Assembly (NCBI GenBank): GCA_044892525.1 | Contig: CM097888.1 | Location: 26,474,001-26,538,000 of the forward strand | Direction: 5' to 3' | DNA: 64,000 bases | DNA from: Schmidtea polychroa | Lineage: Eukaryota | In this document: positions 36,367-47,700 of the stretch, piece by piece | How positions within the stretch are numbered: the first letter of the stretch is position 1 | Layout: each line of letters opens with the position of its first letter | Made by a program: the position numbers and the translations under genes | Notes under the pieces: generated by a model | The model's input: only the letters and a program-made list of their open reading frames with translations | Told to the model about the DNA's origin: nothing | Databases searched by the model: none

Positions 36367-37110
36367 ATGAACGATAAAACAGGGTTGAATATTGCATTAG
36401 GGCGTTTACGGAACAGGGCTTTTGGAGATGGATTGGACATTACGGAAGAACAAAGAAGAAGAGAGGCATACGAAGAAAAGTATGAAGAAGTCATGACAGA
36501 ATTCGAGCAGCTGAAGAATAATGCCCTGGAGTTAGAACGAGAGAAAGAAGTAAAAGAAATTGAAGCAGATCTGAAACGATTAGAAGCGGAGTTTAGCAGA
36601 ATCGGTGATCTGTTCTTCACGCAGAAGGAAGAAAGTTTTAAAGCGGAATCCCTGAAGGTCACAGAAAGATTATTTAGGAGTAAAGATCATAATGAAAAAC
36701 CGAAATTAATAGTGGGATTAAAGCCCTTACAACTTCCGATGTTTAATGGAGGGGTAAATGAATACGGAGTGGCGAGCAATAGTAAAAGCCTTCATTGAAG
36801 ATACGGACAAGCCTTGTGAAACAAAGTACTTATATCTAAGGCAATATTTGGAAGGCAAGGCTCTAAGACTAATCTTAAACATAGGATATGGAGAGGGGGC
36901 GTTTGAAACCGCAGTGAAGCGGTTAGACCAGCGATATGGCGGTGTCGAAAGAAATTATTCAATTATGATGGAGTCCTTGCAGCGCTTTTACCCTATCAGG
37001 AACAATGAGCTGAAGGATCTGGATAGGTTTTCCGAATTGCTTCAAAAACTTAATATTGAGATTGAAGGTCTTGAATAAAAAGGAGGAGTTAAAAGATTAC
37101 CTATTACAGA
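36367..37110 (+). mobile_element. BEL/Pao gag fragment (DUF1759-like), frameshifted
   Basis: LKPLQLPMFNG...EW...F...KYLYLRQYLEGKA...AFETAVKRLDQRYG...LDRFSELL; frameshift near 36765 and a stop at 37076-37078. Confidence 0.85.
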
Positions 37111-37450
37111 GATTACAAAAATCCCAATTTATCCAAACACTCTTATTTCTGCATCAAAGGATAAATCTTTGATTATTTGGGATGGATTTGAAAGTGATGT
37201 TGTTATGTCAAGTGATGGTCAATTTGCATTGTCTGGATCATGGGACGGAACTTTAATGTTATGGAATTTATCTGAAGGAAGACATTTATACACTTTAGAA
37301 AGATGTGATATTATCAGTGAACATCTTCTCACCAAACATATATTGGCTATGTGCTGCAACTGGCTCATCTATCAAGATTTGGGATTTGGAAAATAAAGTT
37401 TCAGTTGGAGATTTGACTTATGAACAAATGATTAATCAAAATAAAAAATG
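37103..37450 (+). pseudogene. RACK1: RACK1 (GNB2L1) pseudogene with internal deletions
   Basis: [45 protein letters not shown]...DII, and (after a frameshift) [26 protein letters not shown]3-WD5 are missing. Confidence 0.9.
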
Positions 37451-38003
37451 GATTGTTATGCTTCTTTTGGACTTGATACAATAACCTTTTGGAGTCTGAT
37501 TTATTTTTTGTTTACTTGTGTTATATCTGAGGTCAGATTTTATGTAAATGTGGATTCTAATATCAATAAATGATAATTTTATGATTGTAGGAGACGTATG
37601 TGACCCATTGGACATTTTAGACAGGTCATATAAAATACAATTATCTTGAAAACCGCATATAATTCATGGCTGGGAGACAAAGGTTATTCCTAGTTAAAAC
37701 ACATAAACCCTAACTGTCCCAACACACTCAAATTTATTATCGGTAAATCTGGTAGGGTCAGACAAATTTCTTGAAATGAATATACCAACAATTCCTCAAC
37801 CTTTCGACTAAAATGAGAAACATACAAAATACTTGGAAAATTCAATTCAATTCAAATTCAAGTAACAATTCTTGGAAAATTCGTAGAAAATAATTTTCGG
37901 GAAAATTCTTGAACTCAGAAAGGTAATAAACTTGGGACTTGGGAATCAACGAAAATATTCTTGGTATTTTTGCGAAACATGTAAAATAAAAACTAGTTGG
38001 GAT

Positions 38004-39100
38004 TTACAACAGGTGAGATAAATAATCATTATACATTTGCAAATCATTCTTTTCTTGTATAATTTCAACCAAATCATTTCCACGAGGAAGTGTGGTTGGT
38101 AAATCAGACAAAATACATCTTATGTCATCATAATTTTCCAAAGAAGATTTATGTGATTCTTGTAAGAACATGTCATAATTTTTAAAATTTAAATTATAAA
38201 TAATATCCATTCTTTTTTCAGAATTTGGTTTCAAGCAATCTAAATAACCTTGATGAGATATTTTATTGCTTACGCATTTTTTTATTCCCTTTTTTCTATT
38301 CTCTTCGCTTTTAAAACATTTGAGAGAATATTGTTTTGCTCTAATAATAGGAAAATCCATTATGGGATTATCGGGTTTTTCTGATTTAAAAGTAAAAAGA
38401 TCACCACTCGTATTTATTAATGAGATTAATTTTTGAGTTGATTCAATTTTTTCATCAATATTTATAAATTCTGGAATTCTATCAATTTTAAAAGCATGGA
38501 ATCAGTATCCATTGTGTGCATTGAAATTCTATTTTTAAAATGAGGTAAAAGAACATTGTAAAATGTTTCATACATTTGAAGTTATGATAATTCAAGAATT
38601 GTAAATCCCAAGCTTATTGATCTGTTATATTTTTTCCCCTATTTTCCTATTTCTACAGCAATAAAATCATCAGAAAATTTTACTGCATCTTTAAATGTTG
38701 GTCTTGATAACATTTTCCAAGTTTTCCTTTATCATTTTTTGTAAACAAGAGTATATTAACATATTTATCTATTCTTTTCTTTGTTTTTCCAAAGACTGTA
38801 TTATTTAATAATTTATACAACATAGCTTTAAATTCATCCTAGTTAGTTTTTGCTTCTGCTCCTTTTTCTATATTACCAATAATATAATCTCTCATAACAG
38901 GTCCTTGTTTGAAGAAAATTATATTATAAAGTTTATCAATTGTCATTCACTGTTGAACATAAAATTTTAACAATCTATAATGAACAAGATAATTCTTTTT
39001 ATTATTTTGATCACAAACTAATTTAGTTACTTTTCCAGGTTGTTTTTTTCTTTGCCATTCCATCAATTCTTCAGGTTGTATTATCTTTTTTATTTTAAAT
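38004..39100 (-). pseudogene. Protein-primed family B DNA polymerase, C-terminal fragment
   Basis: RPTFKDAVKFSDDFIAVE, MDTDS, IRAKQYS, KKGIKKCV, YDDIRCILSD...TLPRG. Confidence 0.85.
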
Positions 39101-39679
39101 TTCTGTTTTTTGAGTATTTATTTAACAAAAAAAAAACTAAAATTTTATATTAAAATAAAAAAACATAAATATAGTTCTATTATAATAATAATAATCTTAT
39201 AAAGTCTTAAAGATTTTTTTAATCATTCTATAAAATTATTATTTAGTTTGATCGGTAAAATATCTTGAAGTCTTTCTTCACTCAGGTGACAACGAAGGAA
39301 CGAAAACACATATTTTAACACAGAAAAAAATTTTTTATATTACTCGTATTTTTCATATAAAAAAAACTGAAGAATAATGAAACTAAATATCAAGAGGATA
39401 ATGATAAACTTACTTACCCAAGAATATTATTATTTATAAAGACAAACAGTAAATAATTAAAAATTCTAAAACCAATTAAACAAAATATAAATCAAAATAT
39501 TCAAATTTTCAAATTATAATCAGCTGTTATTTGACACATCAACACAAACTTAGATCCCAACATGCAAACTTTTCATTTTCCCGGCAAGCAATATTTTGAT
39601 ACCTAAGTAACGAAACTTACACTGATTTTCCGAAACTGACACTACATTCGTTTTCGAATAGGAATTTAAAAAAATATGC

Positions 39680-39812
39680 AGTGGAGCGGAACTGCACCTC
39701 ACCGCTCCGCTCCTTATAAATTTTTTAGTCACTGCTCTGCTATTTATTCCAAGCAAATTTTCCACTTCGGAGCTGCACAGGGCTCCGGGTTCCGCTTTGC
39801 TCCGAATCCCTG
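39680..39812 (-). mobile_element. Probable hAT-type MITE end with GCTCC repeats, inserted in the Polinton
   Basis: Minus-strand end CAGGGATTCGGAGC with repeated GGAGC/GCTCC; partner end not found. Confidence 0.35.
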
Positions 39813-39824
39813 GTTCAAATTCAT

Positions 39825-40500
39825 CTCAGAATTACTTTTCTAGTGTTGTCCAAAGCAACATTATTATATCTTCTATTCCAATGACTTTTTAAAATATGAA
39901 ACTTGTATTTTTCCATTATTGTTGAAAATAAATCATGATAAATATTATCTCGATCACGTTTATTCAATTCAAAAAATATATAAAAATTTGAATTCCCTCG
40001 AATAGATCTTCTCAGTAAATCAAAATAATCACAACAATTTCTATGTCTTTATCTTGTAAAATACGATTCCATTATTTGTTAATTTCTATCATTCACACAA
40101 TCATCAAAAACTATTAAATTCTTTCTATTTTTGTTTAAATTCTCACAAGGTATTACATCTGAAAATTTATTACTCATTGTTACTTGAATTATTCCATCAT
40201 TGTTAATTTCTCTCTGTCCACTAGTTTCACACAAGTCTGAAATCTTTATATCTTCTGGAATTTGCTCTTGGTTTTTAAAAATATTTAATATTCTTTGTTT
40301 TAATAAATTATTTTTAAATTGCAGTTCTGATGAAATATTGTTTTACTAAAAATTATTAAATTATTATAATCCAAAAATTTAGGGTACCACAACATTTTCC
40401 AAAGTAAAACATTTTTGCCACAACCAGAATCACCAACGATCAACATTCTGAAGGAACTCAGTAATATTTCGTTGTGGCTAAATTTTGTTAAATTATTATT
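39825..40500 (-). pseudogene. Polinton A32-like packaging ATPase pseudogene
   Basis: Walker A RMLIVGDSGCGK, Walker B NLIVFDDC, then YFTR*RHRNC and SIRGNSNFF; contains stops and frameshifts. Confidence 0.85.
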
Positions 40501-40679
40501 CCAAACGTAAAATTTCTTCCATCAGCTATTTTTTGAATTTAAAAATAAACCTTGTCCATTTGCTTTTATTTCAACTTCTTGTAGTTTTTTTAATTCTTTT
40601 AAATATTTCTTGCCTGTTTTATCATTGGATATTGTTTTTAAATATTTTGTAATAGTTTTTAATTGATCCTTGTTAAATA

Positions 40680-40895
40680 TTAAACCTTTTTCTTTGTATA
40701 GCTCGAGAAATATTCCTTTGCCTTGTTCCTATTTATTTCCGCAGGTTTTTCTGCAGGTTTTCCACGTTCATCAATTAATTTAGCTTCCTTAATATTTTTA
40801 ACCATAGTAGCTATTCCACCAGCTGCACCAGATGCTGCTGTTATTCCACTAAAAATTAATGTTATTAATCCAACCAAAGGAAGAATTGCTCCTTC
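40680..40895 (-). CDS. Polinton small Gly/Ala-rich virion core-like protein fragment
   Basis: EGAILPLVGLITLIFSGITAASGAAGGIATMVK resembles the GG-x-LPL...AG...GG-x-A motif I recall from Maverick/adintovirus core proteins. Confidence 0.5.
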   Translation of the reverse strand, partial: EGAILPLVGLITLIFSGITAASGAAGGIATMVKNIKEAKLIDERGKPAEKPAEINRNKAKEYFSSYTKKKV

Positions 40896-40999
40896 ATGTT
40901 TTAATTAGTTTATTTTTTCTTTGTAAATGCATGCCTTTTTTGCAATATAGGTTATTGTTTTCGGTTTCTCTTTTTCTAATATTGATCTTATTTTCTTTA

Positions 41000-41225
41000 A
41001 AAATTCTTTATCTGTCATTTTCTATTTTCTAAATTGGTCGTTGAATTTGAATTTAAAAAGAAAGCAATAATGGGAGGAGGATTAGTTGAAGATTCCGAAA
41101 GCAATAAAGAATTAAAACCAAATTTCCATAAAGCATTAAACACCAAAGTTTTCGGTGTTCTAGCTCCAGGTCCTAAATAATCCTTTATATTTAGCCCATG
41201 GACATTCTGGTAATTTGGAACTTGT
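41000..41225 (-). pseudogene. Parvovirus VP1u-type PLA2-like remnant
   Basis: KLPECPWAKYKG, then (frameshift) YLGPG, later LENRK and DKEFL; the HD catalytic part is not seen. Confidence 0.45.
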
Positions 41226-41747
41226 CTATTGTATATTCAAACCACTTTTTATTTTATGAGGATTAGTTCTTTCATGTTTCGCTTTATGAGATTTGCAAGG
41301 TTTGCAAAAATACATTTTTATACCACGAATATTTATGTTGGTTCCCAAGTCGGAGAATTATTTTCTATGAATTTTCCCGAGAATTATTTTCTAAAAATTT
41401 TATTTCTTTTTCCTCGAGAAGTCAATGATGACTCAAGTAATGAGGATATAAATCATATGACCTCAGGGTCCATATGGATTATATCCTCATTACTATTCTG
41501 ATTGAGAATTAAAATATAAACTGAATAATTAAACAAAATCAAAATTTTCAAAAATGAAAATTTAAATACGAGAATGGAAAAACTAATTACTTTTATTCTT
41601 ACTCCAATCCTTATTTTTATACAATAAATAATCTAGAAATTGCATTGTAAATAATTATCCATTCGAAAATTCTCAAAGGAATTTGATAATTAATATAGAT
41701 ATGGTACTTATTGAAACCAAAATTTCTTTTAACAACATAATATTTTT

Positions 41748-44700
41748 NNNNNNNNNNNNNNNNNNNNNNNNNNNNNNNNNNNNNNNNNNNNNNNNNNNNN
41801 NNNNNNNNNNNNNNNNNNNNNNNNNNNNNNNNNNNNNNNNNNNNNNNNNNNNNNNNNNNNNNNNNNNNNNNNNNNNNNNNNNNNNNNNNNNNNNNNNNNN
41901 NNNNNNNNNNNNNNNNNNNNNNNNNNNNNNNNNNNNNNNNATCATTAAATATATATATTTGTAACATCAATCTACTATAAAAATTTGGATTTAATGATAT
42001 GAAATAAGTGTTCATTTCGTAACAATTTTTATTTATTTAATTTCATTTAGTTCTGATTTTTATTGTAATTTCTTGTTTTAAAATGAATTTTCCAAAAGTT
42101 GTTAAGATAAAATAAAATAATTTTAATTCTTAGATCATCAATTTGACATTCTTAAAATGTATTACAATATTTTCTCATATCATCGAAATAACAAAAGAAC
42201 TTTAACTGCACATTTCAATCGATTTTCACATTCAATTACAAAAATCAATATAAATTCAAAATCAATCGATTGATTGAATATCGATTTATTTCACCAATCA
42301 ATCAACAATGAAATTATTGATTTTATCAGCACTTCTCATGATGACACTTTTGACATCGGCTTCTCAATCAGGACGATATCCAAGATTTTTTGGGACCCTC
42401 GATGCACAGGGTAAATTCAATTTTAATGTCATTATCACATTCATAAATAATTTGATTTTAGGCCGCCCCGTTGTGAATATTTATGGAAAAGAATATAAGG
42501 CTGATACGTCTTTTGTAGTTCAAGTATCAAAATCGGAAGCTTGTGCAGTGCATGAACCTCAACTAAGCGTGAAATTACCTTTTGTTGAATGTTACAGTTG
42601 GTACGCATAGATCGGGAAATATTTATTTGAAATATAAATTTATAAAATTTCATATTGGTTATTGTTTATTAATTATTAATAATTTAGTTTGTGGCTATAG
42701 ATCAAAATTAAATAATATTTAAAACTGCATTCTATGAAAATTTTAATCAATATTTATTATAAAATAATTAATAATTAAAGTGCATGAAATTGCTAAATTA
42801 GGCAATGAAATGTTTTATAATCAGGAAATAAAAATGATAAAGTTTACTGAGATTCAGTGTAAATAAACTGAAAGAAATTAAGTCAAATTGACATTCAACT
42901 GTGAAAAACATATATTATAGAAACAATCAAAACCTCATAAAAATCCGCATTTAGTTATAAAAGTCCTCTAATCACTAACCAATTTTATCTGAAAAAAACG
43001 CCATATTCTTTTAATATTCTGGCAGAATTTTATTTCCTTATTTACTTTATTTTTTGCTGGTAAAAGCAATCGCAATAAAATGCAAATAATTATTCCTATA
43101 GGTAATTTATTATCCATCACCAAACTCGTGCAATATGCAGGGAAATATTGGTGATCTCTCCCAGATATTGCTGCTGGAAATTGTGAACATTAATTTTATT
43201 TGGGAGAAAATTATCAGCTTTAACTGTATTATTTGCATATTTCATTAAGCAATTTTTCGATTCTACTGTTCATTAATTTTTAGCTGAATCAATAAATAGA
43301 ATAAAATGAAANNNNNNNNNNNNNNNNNNNNNNNNNNNNNNNNNNNNNNNNNNNNNNNNNNNNNNNNNNNNNNNNNNNNNNNNNNNNNNNNNNNNNNNNN
43401 NNNNNNNNNNNNNNNNNNNNNNNNNNNNNNNNNNNNNNNNNNNNNNNNNNNNNNNNNNNNNNNNNNNNNNNNNNNNNNNNNNNNNNNNNNNNNNNNNNNN
43501 NNNNNNNNNNNNNNNNNNNNNNNNNNNNNNNNNNNNNNNNNNNNNNNNNNNNNNNNNNNNNNNNNNNNNNNNNNNNNNNNNNNNNNNNNNNNNNNNNNNN
43601 NNNNNNNNNNNNNNNNNNNNNNNNNNNNNNNNNNNNNNNNNNNNNNNNNNNNNNNNNNNNNNNNNGAAGCAATTCTCATCATAAACAGACAGCCAAAGAT
43701 CAACACTAAAGAAGTCAATGAAATCATGAATTTGATCTTTTGTCATTGACCTTGAGAATAACTGACAATAAATAAAGAAATTTAAAAATATATATAATAA
43801 ATTAAAAAGTAATATTTAAAATAATATAGAAAATTTTAAAAAATAGGATTTAAAAATCAGAATTGACACATCTATTGAAATATTTAAATAGCGTATAAAA
43901 GTAGTTATTGGAGGCTTTATTTAGAATATTTTGAAATATTTTATTAGGCTTCTAGAAGCTAATTATAAAAGCTGTATAAAAAAATTTAAAGATTTTTAGT
44001 TTGTGTCATTTTGGAATTTTAAATTTATTTTATTTTATTTTTAATTTTAATTTTCAGTAAAATTTTAAAAGTTTTTAATAAAAAAATTCATAAAACGAAA
44101 GTATATATTATATTTACAACCAATGAGAATTAAGAGAAAGGAAATAAAAGAAAGATTGAAAGGTATTTTTGGGAAGAACATTACTAAATTCCAGGAGATT
44201 GACAGGGACTATCTTATAGTCGAAACATTTTTCATTATTTGCAGCAAAAGGCGTAATTATCACTTGATTGCATTATTTTGATTTTTATGAACTAAAATTA
44301 TTTTTTATTGTTTATAATAAGATGATTAAAGATTTCCATTTAACAAAACAATTTAAAATTGTAACAAATAGAATATTAAAAATTGTTTTTATATATTTTG
44401 TGCTTTAGATAATGTTCAGAAAAAAAACAACATTTGAATAAATTTTTATGTTTTATTATTCAATGTAATTAAAAAGATTTATTCAACCATTTAAAATTTT
44501 ACATGTAAAGATCAATAAAATTTTATTAGAAAAGGAAAAACTAGCGGAAAAGAAAAATAACCATTTGAAAACAAAATTTATTTTAAGGATATTAGTTAAT
44601 TTTGATATGTGTTTATCCCAAAACTCATTTCATTCTGATATGTCAATTAAATATTTTTTCAATAAAACTTAATAAAAGTGCTTTTTAAAACAAATAAATT

Positions 44701-47700
44701 AAAACAAATCGATTGAACAAAAATGTACTTTTATTTCAGTACCATTTATATATACTGAATGCTACGATTAATATCTTCGGATTTTTCCCCAATGAAATTT
44801 CCCTGATATTTCCCTAATTTTCCATTAGCCGTCACTGACTAACGTATAGCAACCACTCTCCATCTATAATAAACTATTTTTCACTGAATTCTTCCTAAAT
44901 GTCATTTTAACTAATATTATTTAATGAAATCTAATTTATGAATGACAAATATAACTGTCATTTTTATTGGTTAATTATCAACATTAATTTAATAAAGTAA
45001 TTTTAACTGATATGACTGTCAGATTTCTTTCCTCTGGATCACCACAGTTACTATTTTATAATTAATTGTGCTTCATTTTCAGCTGTTACGCGTTACGAAT
45101 TTTATAATTGAATAAAATGTAACGAGTCAATTTTTTCTACAAATAAAACATTTATAAAACAATTTAGATTTAAAATATTTTTCAATATTTTTGCTTCTTA
45201 AATTTGATCTTGTGAATGACACTCTTTCCGTAAAGAAATAATAATTATGTTATTTATAAAAACATATAGTCATTAATGTATAAACTCTGATTTATTCTTA
45301 CTTTAAAATTGAAATGTATTCCAAGTTGTTCAACAAAATAATTATTAAAAATCCGTTTAATTTAGCTAATCTTCACAAACAGCTGCTTAATAATATTTAT
45401 TTTAGTAAAATAGAATATTATTTATTAAAATAAATTCTTATAAATTATTCGTCGTTTTTATCAATTATTCATTTCTTGCATAAATTAATTATTTTTTTTT
45501 ATGAATTTAAATANNNNNNNNNNNNNNNNNNNNNNNNNNNNNNNNNNNNNNNNNNNNNNNNNNNNNNNNNNNNNNNNNNNNNNNNNNNNNNNNNNNNNNN
45601 NNNNNNNNNNNNNNNNNNNNNNNNNNNNNNNNNNNNNNNNNNNNNNNNNNNNNNNNNNNNNNNNNNNNNNNNNNNNNNNNNNNNNNNNNNNNNNNNNNNN
45701 NNAATAATATTTACTTTTCTCCATCATTGAATAAAAATAGACATTGAATTTTATATACAAAATAATAGTTCATATAATTTAAAATATAAATAAAGTATAT
45801 AAAAATCTTTATAAAAATCTTAATTCCATATTCTTTCATTCTACCGTGTAATAATCAAATAGGAATTATAATAAAAAAACTTTAGAACTATCTAAATATT
45901 GCACTTAAGTTTCAAACGAAATGAACAATTATAAATTGATCAAATGGAATGGAAAAGGGAAAATTAATTACTTACAAATTGTAGCGATAACATGAAAGAA
46001 TAAGAATAAGTTTTGAAAAGAAACAAGAGGTGCAAAAGACGTAGATAATTTTATAATATTAAACATAAGAAATTATTAATTAATAGTTAATAATCATGTA
46101 GTAATTATTGAAAATTAGTTTTTTTAAAGAAATTACATATTCAATTAATTCTATATATTTGTAAAAGTAATAATGAAGTAATAAATTTGCAATGATGATT
46201 AATTATAAAACGAATTTGTAACAAAGTTTACTGTATATATAAATTAGATGTATTTTCTGTATAATTATGTTTCACTAAATATAACTAACCAAAATTATAA
46301 ATTGTTTGAAAAACTTCGGGATTGCGGTTTATAGGATTTCATCGGTTCGGCTTTGGTCCAGTCACGGTTACAATGAACGAAAAAAGATTAATTTATAAAA
46401 AAAGAAATTTTTAAAAAATAAACAGCTTTTGAGTTCTGTTTTACTGAAATTTTGTAAACATTACAATAAAAAATCATTATTATGGGTGTGAATTATATAT
46501 AATTTCAAAAAAAGATTTTTTGAAAATCATGTTTAAATGTGATTAAAATTTAATATTTAAAATAATAAAATTGTTTTTATAATTTATTTAATTAATCTAT
46601 TAAGCCTATATATTTTTCCATTTTACTCGTTAACAGTGATACTGCTGAAATATATCGTAAAACGGATGTCTGAGTGGCATTTTCTAATAATGCGATATTT
46701 GCTTAACTTCTTATAAAGTGATTAAGAAGACAAAATCAAGCAACTACTTTAACATTATTTAGTGAAAATTCAAAAGTGCTAAATTTATTTTTACTATTTT
46801 ATTTGTATTATAATGTGAATAATTTAAGCATAAAATTATACTAAAAAATACTTTTATTATATTGCACGTATAATAGAAATTTAGTTTTCGATTCGTTCTA
46901 AAAACCGATTTACGATAAATTCTGTAGTTCAGTTTATTTTTCAATAAAATGTAGCAAAAAAAGTTTAGAAAAGTTCAAAAAAGTTCCGGATCCAGTTCCT
47001 GTTCAATTTGCATCCTTCAAAGACATTATTTTATTTATGCTAATTTTCTAGTGATTTCATGAGTAACACAATAATATATGTGGGAAATTTATTTATTTGT
47101 GATTCTGGAACGCTCAATTTATTTTTTAGTTATATTTTATTCATTTAAGTTACTTATTTTTATAAGTAACTTAAATGAATAAATAAATAATAATAATTAA
47201 TTATTATTATATTATATATAAATATTTATTTATTATAATATTCATATATTCAACGACAATCGTACTTTCACGTGCATTATTGTTTATAGAGAAATTTTGT
47301 AATAAATAAATCATTCTTAATGAACTGAAAATTATTCTTTTTATTGAAATCATTCACATACACTGATTCGATTCATAAGATTCACGTGAAAGATTTTGGA
47401 TTTTGAAAAAAAGTGCGCCATAGACGACCGGGAAAAACCTAGTTTATTTATAATTCAGTTTTCACCAATATCTATGTTTAATATATAATATTATAACTAC
47501 ATTTGTAAGGAAAAAGTTAATGAAATTTAAATTAATGGAATTATTTGTAATATCTGAAATCAATTATTAATAATTTAAACATTAAAAAACTATGTTAGTA
47601 ATTAATTTAGTAAAAAAATTTAAAATATATTTATATTATATCAAAATTACTTGTGACGAAAACTCGTGAATATAAAAGAAACATCGATATCTATACTAAT

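Larger units (their letters stand above)
37586..41494 (-). mobile_element. Internally deleted, decayed Polinton/Maverick-like element with degenerate terminal inverted repeats
   Basis: Contains pPolB, packaging ATPase, Gly-rich core-like and PLA2-like remnants. Sequence at about 37884-37980 (+) is an inverted copy of about 41395-41300 (AGAAAATAATT-TCGGGAAAATTC; GACTTGGGAA-CAAC). Confidence 0.75.
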
